Source: Octopus sinensis | Taxonomy: Eukaryota | Direction: 5' to 3' | DNA: 64,000 nt | Assembly: GCF_006345805.1 (NCBI RefSeq) | Contig: NC_043012.1 | Location: 49,600,001 to 49,664,000 of the forward strand | Part shown: positions 54,095 to 64,000 of the stretch, piece after piece | Numbering within the stretch: position 1 is the first letter of the stretch | Layout of the letters: the number at the start of each line of letters is the position of its first letter | Notes under the pieces: model-generated | Seen by the model: the letters and a program-made list of their open reading frames with translations, nothing else | What the model was told of the DNA's origin: nothing | The model's database searches: none | Position numbers and translations under genes: made by a program

Positions 54095-54630
54095 TAGCTA
54101 AGCATTTTGCCTGGTGGGCTAACGATTGTGTCCTCTCACTGCCTTGACATATAGACGGACGAAATGCCGTAAGCACTTTGTCCGGTGTTGTAGAGATTCT
54201 GCCAGCTCACTGCCTTACACATAATATTAATAATACTTTCTGCTATAAGCACAAGGCCTGAAATTTGGGTGAGAGGGATTGTTCATTACATCGATCCACG
54301 CACTCAGCTAGTACTTATATCGACTGAGATGGTACTTTTATCGACCCCGAAATGCTGAAAGGCAAAGTTAACGGAATTTGAACTCAGAATGTAAGGACGG
54401 GTGCAATACTGATGTGATAACGGTTCTATCTGCTCACCGCCTTCACAAATAATATTAATAATCTTTTCTGCTATAGACACAACGGCTGAAATTTGGGGGA
54501 TGAGAATGGTCGGTTACATCGACCCCAGTACTCAACTGATACTTGTTCACGGTATTTCGCACTTTCGGGGTGAAATGCCACTATACATTTCGCACAGTGT
54601 GCTAACGATGCTGCCAAATCACCGCCTTAC
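54095..54630 (-). mobile_element. Stack of 3-4 degraded family A SINE pieces, same orientation
   Basis: Repeated heads (GCTAAGCATT.., CTGCCAGCTC) and bodies at ~54095-54220, 54235-54447 and 54465-54630. Confidence 0.7.
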
Positions 54631-54740
54631 AAATAACATTAAAGATAATATTTATAATAATAGCAGTAGAAATGCCGATCCTTCCAGACAATAACAACAG
54701 TAATAAGAATTATCCTTGACTTTTTAATCACATTAGTGTT

Positions 54741-54789
54741 GTTACTACTACTACTACTACTACTACTAACTACTACTACTACTACTACT

Positions 54790-54832
<43 letters not shown>
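54741..54832. repeat. (CTA)n array, which is the (TAG)n tail/target of the adjacent R4/Dong element
   Basis: Direct reading. Confidence 0.95.
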
Positions 54833-57019
54833 TTGTCTTTGCACAGCTATTAACTCAGGGGATGTACAACAGTACCAGTGAACTAAGGTGACACCCGTTA
54901 TTTTTTTGAGCACCACCCAGAGCATTCGAACGGTTCCAAGCAGTGCTGTTTTATGCAAGTGTTCCACCCTTATTGTAGCCCCTATTTTTTCAATGTACTT
55001 CTCAAGATTTTTACTCACTGTTCTCAGAGCTCCGACAATTATTGGTACTACTACCATCGTTTTCAGCGACCACAACTGCTTAACCTCCCAAGCTAACCTG
55101 TTATATCTATCTACTTTTCTTTCTTCCTTATCGCATACCTAGTTGTCAGCTGGGCATGCTATACCTATGATCCAGCATCGTTTGCTTTCTTTCTCAATTA
55201 ACACTATGTCTGATTTCCTATTCTCTATCGCATGGTCGCACTGAATCATAAAATATCACAGGATCTTTGCATTATCATTTTCGATGATGCCTTCGAGTTT
55301 ACGTTCGTACCACCATTTTGTTCAGTTAAGTCCATACTTGTTGCAAAGTGTCCAATTGACAATCCTTGCTATATAGTCATAACACCTCTTATATTCTGAA
55401 TGGGCTAGTAGCGTACATTGACTGCTAATATGTCAAACGGTTTCACCATTTTGTCCACGTATTCTGCACTTATCACTTTCTGATTTGTTGTCTTTTCTGT
55501 ATTAGATGTAATTGGTTCTTAATGCTTGCTCTTGGACAGCACAGATTAGAGTCTCCATTCACCAATCTTTTGATCCAGTAGCCTTGAACTCCATCTGGTC
55601 CCGTGGCCTTCCAGCTGCCCATTTTTGTTGCTAATTTCATTCACTTCCCTAACTGAATTGCTTAGTTCTGCCTGTTTTGGACAGACTAATGGTTATTACA
55701 GTCGCTACAACTACTTAGCATTCTTCTTCTGCTTCTTGTCTTTGCTCCAGATCCCACTCCCGAACCTTTGACTTTCAATGTTATCTCGTATTGATTATTC
55801 ATCTGTTTACTCCCATTTATTTATTTCTAGAATCTCTTTTGATCAACTCTGAAAATTCTATTTTGCTGGTATCCCTTCATTCTTTGGTCGCATCTTACCA
55901 TCTTTGCTTTCTTTGCAACGAGGCGCTGTTTTAGTTCCTCCATTACCACTTTCAGACACTTCCTTTCAATATCATAATTACTGTTCAGTGCCCTATATTT
56001 TTGTCTGGTATTAATCTCCCCTTCTCTTTTCGCTCTCACACAGAAATATCCTTCGAGAGCATATCTAGCCCCTCCTGTATTCTCCTTTTCTACCATGGAT
56101 CTTTTCTTTTGTCACTCCCATTATATTTCTTTTTCTTGGCATCAACACCCACATTTTCTGCAACAACAATAACTGATGGCTTCATGAAATTATTTGTTTG
56201 TGTGATGTTTCTTTCTTCTGATGTATTTCCGAATTTCATTGACATTTTTCGTTTCTCGGTTCAATTTCCAATGATCAAACTTTCTTAAGGTTTCAAATAA
56301 TGTCGCTATTGTTCTCCTGTAGCATTGCCTTTATTCTGTCGTAGACTGCCCTTTGCCCGTCTCACATGTCACCATTAATTTTATTGTCTTCTTCCAAACC
56401 ATCTATATGTCTCTAATCAAGCAATCTATAACTCTTCCTTTCCTGTGGGTTATTAGAGATTTCACCTCGGTTTTCTGCTATGAGATTACTTTTATCAATA
56501 GGAACTCTATTTTCATCGTTTCCTCTGCTGCTGTTTTCCAGTTCCCATCTTTTGATAGCTTCGAGCTCTACTTCTGTGAACCAACAATTTTTTTCTTATT
56601 GCTCTAGCTTGATCACATAATCTCTGTTCCTTGAGTTGAAACAATCCTTCTTCCCTCCATTGATGATACATACGTTGTCGGTATCCACTAATATCAGCAC
56701 CATTTTCGTCTACAGGGTTGCTAGGGCAGTAGGTAACATAATCACAGCATTGACTGGTTTGCTCCGTCTTCAGCATGTGTGTTGGTCCCTTGTTGGATAA
56801 CGACAAGCTGGAGTCGGACCAGTATTTCTGAGCCTGCCGGATGCAACACTGTCAACGTCACGGGCTTCAGCTTCATTACCACCGTTATTCACTATATTTT
56901 GTTTTTTCATTGTTAATGATATGAGATACCGATATGCGCAATTACCAGTAATTTTATTGTGACACCATTACTAGATGTATCATCAATCAGGACATAAAGA
57001 GATTCCAACCGCTTCCTTT
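54833..57019 (-). mobile_element. R4/Dong-clade non-LTR retrotransposon (element A), decayed, RT core deleted
   Basis: N-term YRQRM..EQRLCDQARAIRK; VVMEELKQRL..YQQNRIFRVDQKRF; WKATGPDGVQGYWIK; LICAVQEQALRTNY; knuckle KCRI.G..ETV.HISSQC; RLE RKSDIVL..IACPAD..EK.DRY; C-term VVVPIIVGAL..KTALLGTVRML. Confidence 0.9.
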
Positions 57020-57033
57020 CATTATTATTATTA

Positions 57034-57366
57034 TTTTTTTTTTTTCTTCTTTCAAATTCGCTTCCATTTCTTGCCGAGTGTCTTCCCGACTCCTAGGGTA
57101 AAGAAACTCATAGCATACATTGGTAGGCCATTAAACCAAACTCAGTAGTGCGTTCATTTTTTTCTTTTTTTTTTTAAAGTTAAATTAAAATACATGAGCA
57201 GCAACAGTTCTCACATCGACAATGCTCTTCTCAATACGTGTGATTTACCAGTTAAGACAATCTTTTGCACTTCTTGCAGGGATGGTAAGCCAGGGATCAT
57301 TCTCATATAATTTTCGGTTCCCTTCTTGATCATTTACGGTTCCCTTCTTGATCATTTTCGGTTCCC

Positions 57367-57368
<2 letters not shown>
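57034..57368 (-). mobile_element. R4/Dong-type 3' fragment (element B) with A-rich/(TAA)n tail
   Basis: MIKKGTENYMRMIPGLPSLQEVQKIVLTGKSHVLRRALSM* (stop at 57211-57213), 3' UTR, tail at 57021-57045. Confidence 0.75.
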
Positions 57369-57403
<35 letters not shown>

Positions 57404-57446
57404 TATTATTATTATTATTATTATTATCATTATTATTATTATTATT
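57369..57446. repeat. (TTA)n array, which is the (TAA)n tail of element C
   Basis: Direct reading. Confidence 0.95.
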
Positions 57447-57580
57447 GCCTTTGCACAGTTTCTAAAGCCGGAGATGTACTACAGTGTCATCTGTTCACTA
57501 CCTGTAAGGTAACAAACAGCTGATATTGTAATACCTTTTCGAGCACCTTCCGGAGTATTCGAAAGGTTCCAAGCAGGTAT
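57447..57580 (-). mobile_element. R4/Dong-type 3' fragment (element C)
   Basis: LLGTFRILRKVLE; the terminus TGTGCAAAGGCAATAA matches element A's TGTGCAAAGACAATAG. Confidence 0.8.
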
Positions 57581-57651
57581 TGTTATATTTCGGAATGGTC
57601 TTATGGCCAGTTTAGCCAATAAAAGACACAAATAAGAAAGAAGAAAACAAA

Positions 57652-57696
57652 GGACCACTGATGCGGTCACAGGAGTGTGACGAAAGAACTCTGGCC
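57652..57696 (+). ncRNA. Minimal hammerhead-like motif with variant core, between inverted repeats
   Basis: GGACCA CUGAUGCG GUCAC AGGAGU GUGAC GAA AGAACU C UGGCC. Stem II is 5 bp perfect; CG replaces A9. Confidence 0.45.
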
Positions 57697-57830
57697 GAAA
57701 TAAGATTAAGATTAATGTAAAAAATAAATAACACTGAAGCAAAATTACACCAAATATATAGTGCATGTGTTTTTATTGGCTAAACTGGCAATATGACCAT
57801 TCCGAAATATAATATAACAATATATATATA

Positions 57831-57879
<49 letters not shown>

Positions 57880-58249
57880 GGTTTGAAGATGATGTACAGG
57901 TATTTTATATTAGAAGAAACGAGGTACTCAGAAATTCGGATGGTTTTATATATACAGATATTTATCTTTATGTTACATGTTTTTATACATCATATTTCAT
58001 ATAACATATAATCGCGCTTTCGTCCATTCTGGTGGAGTTGTCAAATTGAACTAAGTTCTTGCAGAAAATTTCACTCATTTTATAGTGTTATTGAGTGTGT
58101 AGTGGTGGGTAGAGATATAAGATAGTACAAGAGGGTGAAGGATGTGCAGAAAGTGAGAGAGGGCATGTGTGTGTGTGTGTGCGTTTGTGTGTATGTGTGT
58201 GTGTATGTGTGTGCGTGTGTGTGTGCGTGTGTTTGTGTGTGTGTGTGTG

Positions 58250-58650
58250 TGTTTATATCTGAAAAGAGTGTTAAAGTAAAAGAAGGAAAGGAAGGAAAGG
58301 GAGAGAAAGAAGAAAATAATTTTGTTGATCTCTTTGTAGTTGGTCAGTCTGTTTACTCCAAGGGGGGCAAAATGTCAAAAAATTGTCTGAATTTTTTTTT
58401 ATTATTGTCCAGTGTGTGTGTGCGTGTGTGTGGGAGAGAGAGAGTGTGTGTGTGTGCGTATGTGTATGTGTGTGTGTGTGTGTTTGTGTTTGTATCGGAA
58501 AGAGGTATTAAAGAAAAAGAAGGAAAGGAGGAAGAAGGATAGAAATTTTGTTGATATCTTTGCAGTTGGTAGGTTTGTCAATAATAATTCTTGGCTTATA
58601 GTGATTGTAAATCCAGCTGTTTACTTCAGGGGGTGGGGCAAAATATCACT
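58250..58650. repeat. Diverged tandem duplication
   Basis: AAAGAAGGAAAGGA..ATTTTGTTGAT.TCTTTG.AGTTGGT..CTGTTTACT.CA.GGG..GGCAAAAT twice (~58250-58380 and ~58490-58650). Confidence 0.75.
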
Positions 58651-59160
58651 TTCCAATAAATTATTTGTATTTCCGTCAAAATATCACAAGAGCAGATTGC
58701 CTTGCTAAGGGTACCCAACGATAACCTACTATAACGACACGGTATAATCAAAGGTAAAACTGACTTTACACAGAATTGAACTCAGATTGTATGCAAATGA
58801 GATAAATGTCAGTAATTATTTCATCCAACGTTCTAAAATCTTTTGTAAATTGTTGTTGTATGAGTTAAGCCCCTTTAATATCAAGATTGATTTTCCTTTC
58901 GTCTTTCACAACGTCTATAAAGTAATTACCTGAAATTGTTGGTTTGTTAACATAAGAAATCTAAAAGTGACTTACTCAGAATGGATGCAATCTAATGAAT
59001 GGCAACATCAAAAGAATAAAAGAAAATTCCATGTCATGAAAGGAAATGTTTTAGAACAATCTTTAGAGATACACTGAACATAAATCATGCAAAATAACAA
59101 CGCATTCACACACATAAACACACAAACACACACACACACACATACGCACACACGCATTTA

Positions 59161-59606
59161 TATATCTCTATATATATTATATACATGCATATAGGCACTT
59201 GCGTGGCTGAGTGGTAAGAAGCTTGCTTCCCAACCATGTGGTTCCGCGTTCAGTCCCACTGCGTGCAACATTTGGCGAGTGTCTTCTACTGCACCCTCAG
59301 GCCGACCAAAGCTTTGTGAGTGGATTTGGTAGACGGAAACTGAAAGAAACCCGTCTTGTATATATATATATATATATATATATGCATTTGTTATTTCTGT
59401 CTGTTTGTCTCACCCCCCTACCCCGCCCCATCATCACTTGACAACAGATGTTGGTGTGTTTACGTCGCAGTCATTTAGTTGTTCCGCAAAAAGTGATCGA
59501 TAGAATATGTAGTCCTGGGGTCGATTTGTTCGACGAAAATCGGTGCTCCACCATGGCCGCAGTTAAGCGACTGAAACAAGTAAAAGAATAAAAGAATAAG
59601 ATAATA

Positions 59607-59642
<36 letters not shown>

Positions 59643-60136
59643 TATGTATATGTGTGTATATGTTTGCTCCCCCAACAACGCTTGACAACCGATGGTGGTT
59701 TGTCTGCGTCGCCGTAACTAGCGGTTCGGCAAAAGTGACCGATAGAATAAGTACTAGGCTTACGAAGAATAAGTCCTGAGGTCGATTCGCTCGACTAAAG
59801 GCGGTGATCCAGCATGGCCGTAGTCAAATGACTAAAACAAGTAAAAGAGTAAAAGAGTATGTATGAATATGTATATACATATGTGCGCGTGGGTGGGGTG
59901 TTCTGTGTATACATGTTTATTATCTTATTCTTTTATTCTTTTACTTGTTTCAGTCGCTTAACTGCGGCCATGGTGGAGCACCGATTTTCGTCGAACAAAT
60001 CGACCCCAGGACTACATATTCTATCGATCACTTTTTGCGGAACAACTAAATGACTGCGACGTAAACACACCAACATCTGTTGTCAAGTGATGATGGGGCG
60101 GGGTAGGGGGGTGAGACAAACCACAGAAATAACAAA

Positions 60137-60186
<50 letters not shown>

Positions 60187-60382
60187 AGACGGGTTTCTTT
60201 CAGTTTCCGTCAACCAAATCCACTCACAAAGCTTTGGTCGGCCTGAGAGTGCAGTAGAAGACACTCGCCAAATGTTCCACGCAGTGGGACTGAACGCGGA
60301 ACCACATGGTTGGGAAGCAAGCTCCTTACCACTCAGCCACGCAAGTGCCTATATGCATGTATATAATATATATAGAGATATA
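59161..60382. repeat. Inverted duplication containing a family D SINE (arms 59161-59611 and 59913-60382)
   Basis: Arms are reverse complements including non-SINE flanks. The spacer holds another family D 3' half (~59645-59858). Confidence 0.93.
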
Positions 60383-60606
60383 CATATATACGACGGGCTT
60401 CAAACAAATCCACTCAGAGGGCTTTGGTCGGCCCGAAGTGCCACGAAGTGGGAATGAACCCGGAACCATGTCGTTGGTAAACAAGCTACTTATCACAGAG
60501 CCACTGTATAAATATAAATACGTTTACATGTGTGCATACGTACATATACATATCACATATATATATCTATACAACACGTAAAAAAAAGAAATATAAAATG
60601 TGACTT

Positions 60607-60737
60607 CATTGACCGAGGTTACCGTGGTCTTTTCTGCAGGCTTTTCTTTCCACGGGTAAACCTCACCCTTCCTCCCTTTACACTTCATATTGACATTTCT
60701 GTGATAACGATCCCTATTGATCATTTTTTTTTCCTCT

Positions 60738-60769
<32 letters not shown>

Positions 60770-60931
60770 CCCCCCTTATTTTTGTCCTCTTTCTCTCCTT
60801 TTACGATCCCTTTTGATCGAACCTCCCCCTTCCTTTTTTTTTTTTTTTTTTTTTTTAATACCTTCAAAAGAAAAGCTCTACCTTGTAATTTGTTCTATCT
60901 GTGTGCAGCCCTGTGTGGCTAATAAAGAAAC
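60607..60931 (+). mobile_element. 3' UTR fragment of the same LINE family as 39435-39800, followed by (CTAT)n
   Basis: CATTGACCGAGGTTACCGTGGTCTTTTC..CTCTACCTTGTAATTTG..GGCTAATAAAGAAACA shared. Confidence 0.85.
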
Positions 60932-60932
60932 A

Positions 60933-60968
<36 letters not shown>

Positions 60969-61000
60969 ATCTACTATATATATATATATATAGTATATAT

Positions 61001-61037
<37 letters not shown>

Positions 61038-61044
61038 CTACCTG

Positions 61045-61093
<49 letters not shown>

Positions 61094-61098
61094 CATCA

Positions 61099-61156
<58 letters not shown>

Positions 61157-61179
61157 ATCTATCTATCTATCTATCTGTA

Positions 61180-61212
<33 letters not shown>

Positions 61213-61262
61213 GTCTACCTATCCTACTTATCTCTCTCTCTCTCTCTATCAATCTATCTATC
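60932..61262. repeat. (CTAT)n/(TA)n compound microsatellite
   Basis: Direct reading. Confidence 0.95.
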
Positions 61263-61911
61263 TATAGTTGTCTGTATAAACGTAACTATACATATATATA
61301 TATTTTCCTTTCTAGATACGAATGCATGTGTGTGTGCGTGAGCATGTTTTCTCGTGTGTGTCTTTGTGTACGTGCACGCGCGCTCGTGTATTTGTTTGTG
61401 TGTGCAGTGTGGGGGGGGGTGCTTGATTAAAAATAAAATGGCTGAATTTAATTTTTTTAAAGAAAATTGCACTCTATCTCTTACTATTAGTTACCACATG
61501 CCACATTAAGTCTTACAAACACCGCTGGAATGAAGAGGTCTGATGTGTTTACATTCTCTGAGTATCAACGGGGTGGATAATCAGGTGTTTTCTATGTGTG
61601 TATGTATGTGCTTAAAGGTAAAAGGTGATTCTGTGCGTGTGTTTACAGTATTTACAGCAATAAAATATACCACCCTAGCTCTCTCTCTCTCTCTCTCTCC
61701 TTCTCCCACTCTCTCTCAATGTATCTCTCTCTCTATCTCACCACATTATATATATCTGCCGTATAGCTCTCTGAAGTGTGTACGCATGCGTATTCGTGTA
61801 CGGTCGTGTATCAGTATTTGTGTGTGTGTGCGTGAGTGTGAGTATTGCACACCAATTCTTGTATATGTATCCTACTCTTTGCTTGTCTGCAATGCTAGGT
61901 CTGTGTGAGTG

Positions 61912-61963
<52 letters not shown>

Positions 61964-63714
61964 ACACACACACATATACACTATCAATATTTATGACCAA
62001 ACGCTTACATCCTTGTACATACACATATACGCAAACATATATAAGTACAATATATATTTAAAGAACCCATTTATCATATAAGACCATGTTAGTGTTCAGC
62101 GGTGCAGCTGTTTTACAACTTATATACTTCCATTAATATAATTACTATTGTTGCTATAGTTACATGCGATTCGTTGTAAGATGATTCGGATGTTATTAAA
62201 CATTGATTTCTGATGTCGACTCCACACACACACACACACACACACATACATACATACACACACACATACATATATACATACATACATACATACATACATA
62301 CATACATACATACATACACGCGTACGTACGTACATATATATATTTATATATATATATCTTACATATACACGTACAAACACACGCACACACAGACACACAC
62401 TTATCTCTATATATTATATATATATATATGTCTGAGTGTGTACATGTCACTGTATGTGTATTTGTCTGTACACACCCGTATAGTTACACACGTACATACA
62501 TACATATATACATGCCTATATACTTAATGAGTAATAGGCGATTTCACGAACGAATCAAAGTGCTCGATACAAATGCAGAGTGTAATGTACATATCATATA
62601 CACTGTAGATGAGAACGTTATTACTTTGTGCCATAGCCTGTATAAATCTCTGTCATTATTAGGCGATGAAAATAGACTTACCAATATCTTGGAGGAATAA
62701 GAGTTATGAAAGAAGACTTTAGTATTGCAATTTGGGTTAAATACACCGTAAGAGACAGAACTTACTTTATTTTTTTACATAATATTGGTGGTTAGTCATT
62801 TCCGTTGTAGTACTAAAGAAAAATATAAAAGGAGACACATATGCACAAATTGAACGATAAAAAAATTTGCTAGATGCAGGAAATAGAAAGCAGAAAAATA
62901 TAGGATTCTGTGTAGAATTCATAGCAAAACATAGTGAAATAAAGCTACAATGTGTATATAAACTTGAGTAATTGAGAAAATAAAGAAAATTAAAGTGAGT
63001 TAAAGCTGTGTTCTCTTATGTAAAATATACCAGGTGTGAGCGTTTAAGAATTGAGAACAGCTCTGACAGAAAAAAACACATCGTCCATTTTATCGAATAA
63101 CATTATGATGTTCCAGAATTTTGAAAAATTATTTATGAAACGGTAGTTACTAATTATTTATGGTCATGATTTATATCAGTGGTTGCCAGCCGGGATCAAT
63201 ATCGCATTTAGGGTTCTATACAAGATTTTGTTGTTAAAAATCTTATACGATTATACTTCTACAATACACAAAATATATTAATGTTTTTATACTATTCCTA
63301 ATAATATTTAACTATTCGTATACAGTAAGAATTTTTTTATATATTTACAGCAAATTGTTATGGGGTTCCAGTAGAGAAAAGTAGGAATCAAAGGGGTTCA
63401 TAGGCAAAAAGAAAAAAAGAATGGAACTACTGGTTTGCAGCATTGCTAAGGAGATTTTGACTTGGATTTTCTCAGCTATACACAATTTGCATTTTATAAT
63501 CATCTTGTTTTGTATAGTCCTCATTGTTTGATATTGAGAACAGTTCAATGCTGTTTTACAATTTCCAAATGTAAATGGAACGTGTTGGATTCTTTTGCTT
63601 TTGTATGTCTATAAATGAACCAGTGTTAATTAAACTTCTTTTCTACCATACTTATATGAGGTTTAATAATTATATTCAAGGTATTTGGGTCTCCAAGCTA
63701 CTTATATTCGTTTC

Positions 63715-63918
63715 AAATTTTAGCACAAGGCCGGCAGTTTGTAGGATGAGTTAAGTCGAGTTTATCGTCCCCAGTGCTCGAATAGTACTTATTTTATTGC
63801 TCCGAAAGGATGAAGGCAAAGTCGACTTAAGTGGGATTTGAACTCAGTACGTAAAGACGGACGAAATACCGCTAAGCATTTGACATTGGCGTTTTAATTA
63901 TTCTGCTAGCTCGCCTTC
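63715..63918 (-). mobile_element. Degraded SINE family A
   Basis: GAAAGGATGAAGGCAAAGTCGAC..ATTTGAACTCAG..GACGAAATACCGCTAAGCATTT. Confidence 0.8.
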
Positions 63919-64000
63919 TTCCAAACTACTTATATTAAGACTAAGTGGGAGGCTCCGTAAAAGAAGGAATAAATGCCGTTTTAAAGCGGAAAGTGTAACC

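Noticed and set aside
62520-62700. 59-codon open stretch at the end of ORF 62203-62700
   Set aside because: No start or splice context and no recognisable family; the rest of the ORF is microsatellite.

Overview
Eukaryotic, very AT-rich, non-coding (intronic or intergenic) DNA. It is dense in microsatellites and tRNA-derived SINEs; the repeat repertoire looks cephalopod, most likely Octopus (inference from recognised repeat types, not a database hit). I found no intact protein-coding gene, rRNA, true tRNA or CRISPR array. Almost all listed ORFs are microsatellite artefacts or retroelement remnants. Supported content: four tRNA-derived SINE families; CR1 fragments; Tx1/L1-like fragments next to (CTAT)n; several Penelope-like (PLE) RT/GIY-YIG fragments; mariner derivatives; and a head-to-tail stack of three R4/Dong-clade elements at TAA/TAG repeats, the largest lacking its RT core. 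The most notable signal is a set of minimal type I hammerhead ribozyme motifs. One has a fully canonical core (45375-45457, minus) and a related copy has a different but still paired stem II (49618-49701). Two of these motifs sit between ~45-50 bp inverted repeats ending at (TA)n. Larger fold-back duplications also occur (45741-45971; 59161-60382). All alignments and folds were done by eye.
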